Positions 8,534 through 17,387 of a stretch of 64,000 nucleotides of DNA are shown here, piece by piece. The position numbers and the translations under genes are program-made. The notes below the pieces were generated by a model. That model had not been told where the DNA came from. It was given only the letters and a program-made list of their open reading frames with translations, and did no database searches. The DNA lies in contig CAWCDG010000007.1 of assembly GCA_963794325.1 (NCBI GenBank), forward strand, positions 256,001 through 320,000, read 5' to 3'. Positions within the stretch are counted from its first letter, which is position 1; the number at the start of each line of letters is the position of its first letter. The stretch comes from an uncultured delta proteobacterium (lineage in GTDB: Bacteria > Desulfobacterota > Binatia > Binatales > Binataceae).

Positions 8534-9490
8534 TCAGAGGACCTGGTCGCGCAGCGTGCGGCCCGTCAGCGCGATGAATGCGTCCGACAGATTCGGGCTG
8601 TGCAGGTTGAAATCGACGACGTTCACATCCAGGGTCCGAAGTCCGTGCAGCACCTCCGCGATCTGCGCGAAACTGTTCATCTCGAGGATCGCCTTGCCCT
8701 CGCCGACGGTGGTTCCTATTTCACGCACCCCGGCAAGGCTGCCGAAGCGGCCGTCCGGCAATTGCCCGCGATAGGTCAGCTCGATGCGAGGCCGGCTGCC
8801 CCCGAGCGAGATCACCTTTTCGAGGTCGCCCTCGGCGATCAGTTTGCCGCGATCGATCAGCAGCACGCGATCGCAAATGCGCTCCGCCTCTTCCATGTAA
8901 TGGGTGCTGTAAATTACGCCCGCGCCCGCATCGGCATAGTGCCGAATCCGCGCCAGTAACTGTTCGCGCGACTGAAGATCGACGCCAACCGTAGGTTCGT
9001 CCAACAACAGCACGGGCGGACGATGGACAATACCACAGGCCAGGTTCAGCAGCCGTTTCATCCCACCGGAAAATGAATGCATAGGATCGCCGGCGCGATC
9101 GCCGAGACCGACCTCCTCGAGCGCGCGCTTGCAATGCTCTATTGCGTCGTTGTGAGAGAGTCCCTGCATGCGCGCGAAATGCCATACGTTCTGCGCCGCG
9201 CTAAGGGTGGGATACAGCGCGAGCGATTGCGGCACCAGCCCAAGCATCCGTCCCAGTCCGGTCGGGTCGCTCTTTCGCGGCTTACCATTGATAAGAACAT
9301 GACCGCTATCGGGTTTAAGTAGAGTAGCCAGAATCGACAGCGTCGTGGTCTTGCCCGCGCCGTTGGGTCCGAGCAAGGCGGCAATTTCACCTGGCCTTAC
9401 TGCGAGGCTGACATTGTCAAGCGCAAGCCGCGCGCCGTAACTCTTCGAAATCCCGATCGCCTCGATAAGTGGTGCCTTTTCGGGACTCAT
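8534..9490 (-). CDS. ABC exporter ATP-binding protein
   Basis: Walker A GPNGAGKTT, FSGGMKR, LLLDEPTVGVD; start chosen at ATG 9490. Confidence 0.92.
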   Translation of the reverse strand: MSPEKAPLIEAIGISKSYGARLALDNVSLAVRPGEIAALLGPNGAGKTTTLSILATLLKPDSGHVLINGKPRKSDPTGLGRMLGLVPQSLALYPTLSAAQNVWHFARMQGLSHNDAIEHCKRALEEVGLGDRAGDPMHSFSGGMKRLLNLACGIVHRPPVLLLDEPTVGVDLQSREQLLARIRHYADAGAGVIYSTHYMEEAERICDRVLLIDRGKLIAEGDLEKVISLGGSRPRIELTYRGQLPDGRFGSLAGVREIGTTVGEGKAILEMNSFAQIAEVLHGLRTLDVNVVDFNLHSPNLSDAFIALTGRTLRDQVL

Positions 9491-9521
9491 TGAAACAGAG
9501 TTGTTTTGGCGTCGCTCGATT

Positions 9522-10652
9522 TCAGTTGGCGAACGCCGGTGGAGCAACAGCGGCGGGCTGGCTGACACGCGTGAGCATGGCCGTTACGCGCATCGCGCCG
9601 GGCCAGACCCTGAGGCAGAACGGCAGCACAGCGCGCGCGAGTGGGTTGTTCAAGCCGTGGTCGGCGGCCCCGGCAAAACGCATCTGGAGCCGCATTGCGG
9701 AGCGCAGTTTTGGCTGAAAGACCTGCGCCGGCTCCGCTGCAAGATACGCAGCGGCGGCACGGCGGGCAGTATTCAGCGCGATGGATATGCCGTCACCGGT
9801 GAACGAGGGGATGACGGCTGCCTGATCGCCAATGCAGTAGAGCCCATCGTCCGTTGTGCGACGGATGAAACCGTAAGGGATATGAGTGACGACGATCGGT
9901 TTGTCGAGCAGCGGCTGCGCACCGTCAAGCCGCATTGCGAGGTGGGGACAATCCTGCTGCATCTTCGCAAGGAGGCCCTCCCAGCGAAGACCCGCACTCG
10001 CAAAATACCACCGTTTCACCACCAGGCAGAAATTCGCAATGCCGTCTTCCACCGGTTGAATACCACCGTAGCCTCCGGAATAGAGCATCAACTCGGAGCC
10101 GTCCGCCAGGTCAGCGGTCTGGGCGGCAGACAACCGATAATACATCTTAAAGGCGATCCATTGGTGAGGGTCCTTCGGGCGACGGTGGCCGCGCAGATCG
10201 TGCTTGCCCGTGGCGAGAAAGGCGGTTGGAGCTTCGTAGGTGGTGCCGTCGTCGAGCGTAGCCTGCCAGAGCTTGGCGGTCGCGCGGCTGAGCGACTGCA
10301 CACTGCGACCGCGCTCGACGCGGACTCCATTGGTGACAGCCTCGGCAATGAGCGCGGTATCGAGCGCCTTGCGCGTGAGCGAGGCTGCGCGAAAAGGTAG
10401 CGGAGCCTCCGCGGCGCGTCTGGCTGCGGCAAGCCGAACGTAATCGATGGGCACCGCGCCAAGAGAGGCCACGTCGATGCCGAGAGCATGCAGGTCTTCA
10501 AGGGCCTCACCGCTTAGGAATTCTCCGCAGACCTTATGGCGCGGCGCGGGTTCGCGTTCGATCAACGTGACGCTTCGTCCCTTTCGGGCGAGCGCGATGG
10601 CAGCGGCACAACCTGCCACTCCACCACCGAGGACGAGAACTTCATCTTGCAA
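9522..10652 (-). CDS. FAD-dependent oxidoreductase (geranylgeranyl-reductase/monooxygenase-like)
   Basis: GGGVAG, HKVCGEFLS, IGDQAAVIPSFTGDGISIA. Confidence 0.88.
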   Translation of the reverse strand: MQDEVLVLGGGVAGCAAAIALARKGRSVTLIEREPAPRHKVCGEFLSGEALEDLHALGIDVASLGAVPIDYVRLAAARRAAEAPLPFRAASLTRKALDTALIAEAVTNGVRVERGRSVQSLSRATAKLWQATLDDGTTYEAPTAFLATGKHDLRGHRRPKDPHQWIAFKMYYRLSAAQTADLADGSELMLYSGGYGGIQPVEDGIANFCLVVKRWYFASAGLRWEGLLAKMQQDCPHLAMRLDGAQPLLDKPIVVTHIPYGFIRRTTDDGLYCIGDQAAVIPSFTGDGISIALNTARRAAAAYLAAEPAQVFQPKLRSAMRLQMRFAGAADHGLNNPLARAVLPFCLRVWPGAMRVTAMLTRVSQPAAVAPPAFAN

Positions 10653-10677
10653 AGGATTGCTCCTGATTCACGTATTT

Positions 10678-11412
10678 CTAACTGTGGTGAAGATCGTTGG
10701 ACAGCTGGGTGGTTACGGGCCTGTAGTCAGATCGGATCTGGAGGGAGCCAGCTTCGGGAGATACGTCCGCTACCGTCAGACTGCGGCGCGTGGTGAGTTC
10801 CTTCCAGTTGAGCCCGAGGTCGACCAGAACGATAGAGGCCAGGGTGAAGGCGATGACGCCAACCGCCGACAGTACGTCGCCAAGATGGCTCCAGTAGGCG
10901 GGCACAAGGTTGAGTACACGGGTGGAGACAAAGGTAAAGGTGACCGCATAGGAGCGGGCCATCCACTGGCGGTGAACGGCGATCTGTCCGTTACGCGCGG
11001 CGATCACGGCAGCGGAAGTGCAGACGATCCATGCAGCGCCTTGCATGGCGGTCCCAGGCAGCCCGGGACGTCCGGTGGCAAGGGCGATCCCGGTAAAGGC
11101 GCCGAAGATGACGGCGATGAAGTACATGCGGCCTATGACGCGATGGAACTTCAGGTAACGCTGCCGAATGCGCGACGAGAACTGCAGTGGGCCGGCCAGC
11201 AGAGCGAAGGTTCCGCAGAGCGTGTGCGGGATGAGGAGTCCGCGGTCGGCTATGACCTGCAGGCGGTAGGCATGGTACATGGGGTAATCGGTGAAGAGAA
11301 GGACCTCTGACGTGATGAAGACAAAGAGCGCCGTGACACCAAGAGAGATCCAGAGAACGGTTTTGAATCTGGGGCGGCCGGCACTGAGTGTAGGCAGGGT
11401 GAAAGATGCCAT
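10678..11412 (-). CDS. DUF2306-like membrane protein
   Basis: Multi-TM; PH...GPLQF, FHRVIGRMY, HRQWMARSYA. Confidence 0.8.
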   Translation of the reverse strand: MASFTLPTLSAGRPRFKTVLWISLGVTALFVFITSEVLLFTDYPMYHAYRLQVIADRGLLIPHTLCGTFALLAGPLQFSSRIRQRYLKFHRVIGRMYFIAVIFGAFTGIALATGRPGLPGTAMQGAAWIVCTSAAVIAARNGQIAVHRQWMARSYAVTFTFVSTRVLNLVPAYWSHLGDVLSAVGVIAFTLASIVLVDLGLNWKELTTRRSLTVADVSPEAGSLQIRSDYRPVTTQLSNDLHHS

Positions 11413-11518
11413 TATTCGCCGCTCAGATGGCTAGACGTGATAAGGTCCGCCACGAGGGCGGCGTGGGCGAGATGCTTCACAGCTCTTAGTCCAACGAGAC
11501 GCCTCAGAATCACCGACC

Positions 11519-12337
11519 TCACTTCCACCGCCCCACGCACAACCGTCCCGGCCGCCAACGTTCTACCGTCGCCAGCTCCCGCGGAACATCAGCCGCAGCC
11601 AACAGGCGTACCCAATCCTCTTTGCGGAAGGCTCGCCGGAACGACACCGGCCCATCATGCCTCACAATCGGGTGCCACCGCACCATCCCAAACATCCGAT
11701 AACTCCACTCCGCCCGTTCCAAATCGTTGATAAACCAACCCAGCTGCACGGTCGCTTCCATCCGGCGCAGCAGCGCGACGATCTCTTCGTCCTCCAGATG
11801 ATGTGCCAGCAGCGAACTAACAACGATATCCATCGGCTTCTCCGGCCGATACAGCCTGGCATCGCCGGTCACCCATTTAATTCCGAGATCCTTCGGCGTG
11901 GACTCCGCTGCCGCGCGCGCCGCATAAGGATTCAAGTCGATTCCGGTTAGCTGCACAGCGATGCCCCGTTTCCGTGCCCAGCCTGCAATCTGCCGCAGTA
12001 GATCTCCACCGCCGCAGCCCACGTCGACGATGTGAATCGGCTCACGCAAGCCGCGCGGTAGCCGCTCCAGCCACGTCAGCGTCGGCCGATAGCCTAGCAG
12101 CCAGCGATTGATTTTTTCCAGACTGCGCAGGCAGTCACGGAAATCTTCATAACTACAGTCACCATCCATAAGCTCCGGGAACTCACGCGGAGAAACCCGC
12201 CGACTGAGATCAATCTTGCCGCTCCGCTCATTCCAAAGCGGTGTCGAGAGAACTTCCTGCGGATAATAGTTGTTGGGAAGCGCGCGATCGATCGATCGCA
12301 ACACCGGGTGGTTGATACCCGAAGACTGATGCCTCAA
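11519..12337 (-). CDS. class I SAM-dependent methyltransferase with an N-terminal stub resembling a type III PKS start
   Basis: ELMDG, IVDVGCGGGDLL, SSLLAHHL, INDLER, HDGPVS. The N-terminus LRSIDRALPNNYYPQEVLS resembles the chalcone-synthase-family start. GAGGAGG RBS upstream. Confidence 0.85.
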   Translation of the reverse strand: MRHQSSGINHPVLRSIDRALPNNYYPQEVLSTPLWNERSGKIDLSRRVSPREFPELMDGDCSYEDFRDCLRSLEKINRWLLGYRPTLTWLERLPRGLREPIHIVDVGCGGGDLLRQIAGWARKRGIAVQLTGIDLNPYAARAAAESTPKDLGIKWVTGDARLYRPEKPMDIVVSSLLAHHLEDEEIVALLRRMEATVQLGWFINDLERAEWSYRMFGMVRWHPIVRHDGPVSFRRAFRKEDWVRLLAAADVPRELATVERWRPGRLCVGRWK

Positions 12338-12453
12338 CGTGTCCTCCTCATTAACTGGGGGATTCGTAATGAATCGCTTTTTTGTCAGTCCGCGCGTAGA
12401 GGCGTTGTTCTTGATGCTAACTATTGGTCGGCGACGACTGATGCGAGAATGCT

Positions 12454-12469
12454 AGCAAAGCCCCTGCCA
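12454..12469 (-). promoter_or_regulatory. sigma54 -24/-12 promoter for the methyltransferase-to-YceI operon
   Basis: Minus strand reads TGGCAGGGGCTTTGCT (GG-N10-GC). Confidence 0.8.
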
Positions 12470-12540
12470 TCGTTTTAGGTTAGTATAGACAGGAATTTGC
12501 GAAGCTACCCATCCATCCTCTTTTGGAGACGATATTGTTT

Positions 12541-12587
12541 GTTCCAAAATTCGAACGTGACTCAAAGCAGCGTACAAACTTTTGAAC
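12541..12587. promoter_or_regulatory. putative tandem enhancer (bEBP) sites
   Basis: GTTCCAAAATTCGAAC (12541-12556) and GTACAAACTTTTGAAC (12572-12587), 31 bp apart, between two divergent sigma54 promoters. Confidence 0.55.
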
Positions 12588-12648
12588 TAGATGAACACCA
12601 AGTGTGACTAACTTTCCGCTTTTATTAACAAAAATTAATCTACGGTCG

Positions 12649-12664
12649 CGGCATCGCCTTTGCT
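12649..12664 (+). promoter_or_regulatory. sigma54 -24/-12 promoter facing the two-component genes
   Basis: CGGCATCGCCTTTGCT (GG-N10-GC). Confidence 0.6.
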
Positions 12665-12667
12665 GTA

Positions 12668-12808
12668 CAGGCTTTTGAAAAAGTGATTTTCAACGCCAGT
12701 TCCCTCTCTCTTGTCTCCCCCGAATGGGGGAGAGGTTATAGGAAAGAGGACAGTTTTAACGCAGGGTGTTCGAAAATGACGATTGATCCAGATTTTTCAA
12801 CACCCTGC
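12668..12808. mobile_element. MITE-like remnant with IS5/IS1182-type ends and an internal REP hairpin
   Basis: CAGGCTTTTGAAAAAG (12668) and GCAGGGTGTTCGAAAA (12761) are both complementary to TTTTTCAACACCCTGC (12793-12808); no ORF inside. Confidence 0.45.
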
Positions 12809-12828
12809 ATGGGCATGTTTTCGTTTTG

Positions 12829-14169
12829 ATGACTGAGAATAAATCAAGCAGGAATCTCTGGGCGCTTAGCACCTTCGCAGCGACGATGGGCGATGGCGCC
12901 GCCGATTTCGCCGAGGACGATAATCATTCGTTTGGCCGGCAAGAGTTCGTCTTCGCCTCGCTCAATCTTCTGCTGATCGGCGCTCTGTTAGCGTTAGACT
13001 CGATCTCAAGATATGTCCGGGGCAAACCTGCCGCCGCGGTCATCATTGTGCTCGCCGCGGGATTTCTAATTCAAGGCGCTCATCTTATCTGGCTTCGCAA
13101 GCGAAGTGCTACGAGTTCTCGCGGCAGGCGACAGTTCCTCACCTTCTGGTCCCTCGGGTTCAACACGATACTGGCTCTCGTTCTCACCCTGCTCACTATC
13201 AAGGGAGACACGGCCTACTACGCCCTGATGTTGCTCCCCGTCCTGGAAGCGTCTTTCCGACTGGACCTTCCCGGCACTCTCACCGTTATCGCGCTGGCCG
13301 ATGTTATCGCGTTCATGGGCGCCTACGGCATGAAATTCGGCGAGTACATCGAAGCTGGTGCAATCGCCGTAATTTACAGCGTGATGGGAGTGCTGGTCTG
13401 GTTGCTGGTCAACAATCTTCGCGCGAGAGAGGCGAGCTTCGTGCGCAATCTGGAGGAGCTCGAGCGCACCCGGCAGCAACTGCTCGCCGACGAGAAGCTT
13501 GCCGCAATCGGACAACTGTCCAGGGCAATCGCGCACGAGATTCGAAATCCGGTCGCGATGATCTCCAGCTCGCTGGCGACTGCCACGCGGCCGGGCCTGG
13601 ACGATTCGGAACGGGAGGAAATGTTTGCGATCGCGGCGAAGGAAGCGCAGCGGCTCGAGCGGCTGACCACCGATTTTCTGGTTTACGCGCGGCCGCGTCC
13701 GGTGCAGGCGGCTGCGGTCAACGTCGCCGACACGCTGAACTATGTCGCCACCGTCGCCCGCGCACATGCGGCCAACGAAGGCGTCGCGATCGACGTCGAG
13801 GCCGACAGCAAGCTCGAAGGGGAATTCGATGCGAACCAGATGCATCAGGCGCTGTTGAACCTGGTGCTCAACGCGATCGACGCATGCCATCGCGGCGATC
13901 AGGTGAAACTCGATGCCAGGACCAACGGCAACGGCTCGATCAGAATCGACGTGGTCGATCCGGCGGGACCGATACCGCCGGAGATTGTGCCGAACATTTT
14001 CGAGCCGCTGTTTACCACCAAGCAGGGCGGCAACGGACTCGGTCTGTCGATCGCGCGCAACATCGCACGCGCGCACGGCAGCGATATCCTTTTAAGAATC
14101 AACGAACCTCGGCGGGTATGCTTTTCAATCGACATACCGGCGCACGGCGCGAACCAATCGCACGGTTAG
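12829..14169 (+). CDS. membrane sensor histidine kinase (PilS/NtrB-like)
   Basis: Multi-TM N-terminus; AHEIRNP, LLNLVLNAIDA, FEPLFTTK, GNGLGL. Confidence 0.93.
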   Translation: MTENKSSRNLWALSTFAATMGDGAADFAEDDNHSFGRQEFVFASLNLLLIGALLALDSISRYVRGKPAAAVIIVLAAGFLIQGAHLIWLRKRSATSSRGRRQFLTFWSLGFNTILALVLTLLTIKGDTAYYALMLLPVLEASFRLDLPGTLTVIALADVIAFMGAYGMKFGEYIEAGAIAVIYSVMGVLVWLLVNNLRAREASFVRNLEELERTRQQLLADEKLAAIGQLSRAIAHEIRNPVAMISSSLATATRPGLDDSEREEMFAIAAKEAQRLERLTTDFLVYARPRPVQAAAVNVADTLNYVATVARAHAANEGVAIDVEADSKLEGEFDANQMHQALLNLVLNAIDACHRGDQVKLDARTNGNGSIRIDVVDPAGPIPPEIVPNIFEPLFTTKQGGNGLGLSIARNIARAHGSDILLRINEPRRVCFSIDIPAHGANQSHG

Positions 14170-14178
14170 GGGACAAGC

Positions 14179-15588
14179 ATGGGGCAGATACTTATCGTAG
14201 ATGACGAACCGCATTTGCGGCGGATACTGATCTCTAATCTGAAGCAGGAACATCACGAGGTCGTCGAGGCGGCCGGCGTCAACGACGCGCGCGTCGCGCT
14301 TGGCGAGCATACCTTCGACGTTGTGATCACCGATCAAAAGATGGCCGACGGTGAAGGATTGGACGTCCTGGCGGCGGCGCGCGAAGCTGATCCGAGCCTG
14401 TCGGTGGTTTTTCTGACGGCGTTTGCGACGATTGAACTTGCGGTCGAGAGCATGCGCCGCGGCGCTTTTGATTTCATCACCAAGCCGTTCATCCCCGAAG
14501 TCTTGCTCGCATCAGCGACCCGCGCGATGGAACATACGCGGCTGGTGCGCGAGAACACGCGGCTTCGCGACACGGTCGTGCGCCTCGAAGGCTCGTCGGA
14601 GATCACCGGACGCAGCATCCCGATTCGCCAGCTTCGCGAGCAGATTGCGCGGGTCGCACCGACCAACGCGACCGTCCTCATCACCGGAGAAACCGGTTCC
14701 GGCAAGGAGCTCGTCGCGCGCGCGATTCACCATAGCAGTCTGCGCGCCGAGCAGCCGTGGGTCGCGATCAATTGCGCCGCGTTCACCGAAACCCTGCTCG
14801 AAAGCGAGCTGTTCGGACATGAGCGCGGAGCGTTCACCGGCGCCGATCGCGCGCGCGAGGGAGTTTTCGAGGCTGCCCACGAGGGCACGCTCTTTCTCGA
14901 CGAGGCTTCCGAGATGTCGCTCCCGGCACAAGCCAAGCTGCTGCGGGTGCTGACTGACGGGCTCATCACGCGGCTGGGATCGACCAAGCCCCGGCACACC
15001 GATGTGCGATTGCTGGTCGCAACCAACCGCGATTTGAAAAAGCGGGTGCAGGAAGGACGCTTTCGCGAGGATCTATACTACCGGCTCGCGGTAGTTCCGC
15101 TCACGGTCCCGCCTCTGCGCGACCATCGCGAAGATATCCCGGAGCTCTGCGCTCTTTTTCTGGCGCAAGCGGCGCGCGATCTGAAGACGCCGCCACGCAG
15201 AATGACCGTCGAGGCGCTGCACACGTTACTCAGCTACGAATTTCCCGGAAATATCCGGGAACTCCGCAACCTCATAGAGCGCGCGTGCATTCTCTCAGCC
15301 GGCGAGGAGATCGCCCCGGAGAATTTCCCGGTGTCGGCGCCGCGCAGCGCAAATGGCGTCGTGTCCCGCAGTTCCGCCGAACTCACTCCCGATCAACTCG
15401 CCGACATGATTCCGGAGACGCACAATCTTCGGGACTTCCTGGCCTCGCTCGAAAAAGCCGTGATTCAGCGCGCGCTGAAAATCGCCGATGGCGCGCAGGC
15501 GGAAGTGGCGCGACGCCTTGGAATGTCGCGCAGCGATCTTTCCTACAAACTCGGCAAGCATCGCATCAAGGATCAGTCCGGCCAATGA
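14179..15588 (+). CDS. sigma54-dependent response regulator (NtrC family)
   Basis: Receiver domain, GETGSGKE, GAFTGA, C-terminal HTH. Confidence 0.95.
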   Translation: MGQILIVDDEPHLRRILISNLKQEHHEVVEAAGVNDARVALGEHTFDVVITDQKMADGEGLDVLAAAREADPSLSVVFLTAFATIELAVESMRRGAFDFITKPFIPEVLLASATRAMEHTRLVRENTRLRDTVVRLEGSSEITGRSIPIRQLREQIARVAPTNATVLITGETGSGKELVARAIHHSSLRAEQPWVAINCAAFTETLLESELFGHERGAFTGADRAREGVFEAAHEGTLFLDEASEMSLPAQAKLLRVLTDGLITRLGSTKPRHTDVRLLVATNRDLKKRVQEGRFREDLYYRLAVVPLTVPPLRDHREDIPELCALFLAQAARDLKTPPRRMTVEALHTLLSYEFPGNIRELRNLIERACILSAGEEIAPENFPVSAPRSANGVVSRSSAELTPDQLADMIPETHNLRDFLASLEKAVIQRALKIADGAQAEVARRLGMSRSDLSYKLGKHRIKDQSGQ

Positions 15589-15840
15589 GCAATCGCAATC
15601 GTCGGGCGCCGCTGCGAAACCTTCCGAATCTCGCGACGTATAATCTGCAAGTCGTGGAACTCCCTCGAGAGCTGAACGCAGCCCCGGCGGCGGTCAGCTG
15701 TAGGCCGGCCGGTTTAGTCAGTTGAGTATGTTTTCGCGTAGCGATGTGTCACCCTATGAGTACCGCCTGGTACGTTGGTTCTCCCGGCTTCTCCCCCGCG
15801 TATCTCCACAATTGGTAGCTCGAAACTGAGGTATCGGACT

Positions 15841-16950
15841 GTGTTGTCGTCGATCCGCCGCATAAAGGAACAGAAGAAGGACATTATAAGCCGGCATGCG
15901 CAGGCCGATAATGGCAGGGCACTGATCCAGGTTCTTACGACGCTGGCGTCATTCACGCTTCTGTGGTGGGTCGCGCTGATGAGCGTCCATTTATCCTACT
16001 GGCTCACCGCCGTTGCGGTGTTGCTAATCAGCTTGTTCACGTTGCGCGCTTTCGTGCTGATGCATGAATGTGGTCATGGCAGCCTGTTTCGCAGCCAGTG
16101 GCTCAATCGCGCATTCGGGTTTCTTCTCGGCGTAATCTCCGGCATGCCGCAGTACGTATGGTCGCAGCATCATAATTTTCATCACGCCAACAACGGCAAC
16201 TGGGAAAAATATCGCGGACTCTATACGACGTTGTCAGTCGATGAATACGCCGCGATGACCCCAGCGCAGCAGCGCATGTACCGGCGCAAGTGCAGCATCG
16301 CGACCGCTCCGTTTGCCGGCCTCGTTTACGTGATCCTCAATCCGCGATTTACCTGGCTCAAAGGCAGTATCGGCTTGATGACTCATATTGTTAGAGGGAA
16401 AGTTGCGCGGCCGGACCTGCCGATCAAGGCGCACGTCGCCAGCTTCGAAACGCGCTATTGGAAAAACTACCGGGAGTACCGGCACATGTTCTGGAACAAT
16501 GTCGTGCTGCTCAGCGTGTGGGGATTGATGTGCTGGGAATTCGGCACTGTGCTGTTCTTTACGATCTATTTGATCAGCGCATCACTCGCCGGCGGTGTCG
16601 GGATTATTTTGTTCACGGTGCAGCATAATTTTGAACACTCCTATGCGACCGACGGCGGGCACTGGGATTATGATGCCGGCGCGATCGAAGGATCGAGTTT
16701 TCTGATTCTGCCGCGCTGGTTAAACTGGTTCACCGCAAACATTGCCTATCACCATGTTCATCACCTATCCGCCAGGATTCCTAACTATCGTTTGATCCAA
16801 TGTCACAACGAATATCGTGAGCTTTTTTCTGACGTGACCCGCGTGAAGTTATTTCAGATTCACAACGCCTTGAAATATATTCTCTGGGACAAACACGCAC
16901 AGCGAATCATCTCGGTCGCAGAGTACGAAGCGCGCGGTCACGCCGCCTAG
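15841..16950 (+). CDS. fatty acid desaturase
   Basis: His boxes HECGH, HHNFHH, HHVHH; start uncertain (15775-15841). Confidence 0.9.
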   Translation: MLSSIRRIKEQKKDIISRHAQADNGRALIQVLTTLASFTLLWWVALMSVHLSYWLTAVAVLLISLFTLRAFVLMHECGHGSLFRSQWLNRAFGFLLGVISGMPQYVWSQHHNFHHANNGNWEKYRGLYTTLSVDEYAAMTPAQQRMYRRKCSIATAPFAGLVYVILNPRFTWLKGSIGLMTHIVRGKVARPDLPIKAHVASFETRYWKNYREYRHMFWNNVVLLSVWGLMCWEFGTVLFFTIYLISASLAGGVGIILFTVQHNFEHSYATDGGHWDYDAGAIEGSSFLILPRWLNWFTANIAYHHVHHLSARIPNYRLIQCHNEYRELFSDVTRVKLFQIHNALKYILWDKHAQRIISVAEYEARGHAA

Positions 16951-17366
16951 TCGGTCCGAGCCACCAGGGCGACGAAATCGCCCTCAGTGATGATGCCGAC
17001 CAGGCGCCCGTTTTCCACCACCGGAAGGCAACCGATCTTGCGTTCAGTCAAAACCCGCGCCGCGTAGATCAGTGAGGCATCGGGCCTGACTGTGACGACC
17101 TCAGTGGTCATCACATCTTTGACGGCGAGAGAGTCAAGCAGCTTGCGCTGAGCGTGCTTGCCGTAGCCAAGCGCCTGCGCGAGTGCATCGCGAAAAAGAT
17201 CGCGCTGGGTCACGATACCGACCAGGCTCTTGCCGTCATCGTCGAGAACCGGCAGATGGCGTACGCGTCCCAGCCGCATGATATCGTCGGCCAAGGTCAG
17301 CTTGTCGTTGCGCTTGAGCGTGGTCGGATCGGCCGTCATCACGTCACGAACTTTCAGTTCTTTCAT
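16947..17366 (-). CDS. CBS-pair protein
   Basis: VRDVMT...VRHLPV...LVGIVT and VKDVMT...IGCLPV...LVGIIT. Confidence 0.92.
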   Translation of the reverse strand: MKELKVRDVMTADPTTLKRNDKLTLADDIMRLGRVRHLPVLDDDGKSLVGIVTQRDLFRDALAQALGYGKHAQRKLLDSLAVKDVMTTEVVTVRPDASLIYAARVLTERKIGCLPVVENGRLVGIITEGDFVALVARTD

Positions 17367-17387
17367 TTTGATGTCTCCGAAATCACT

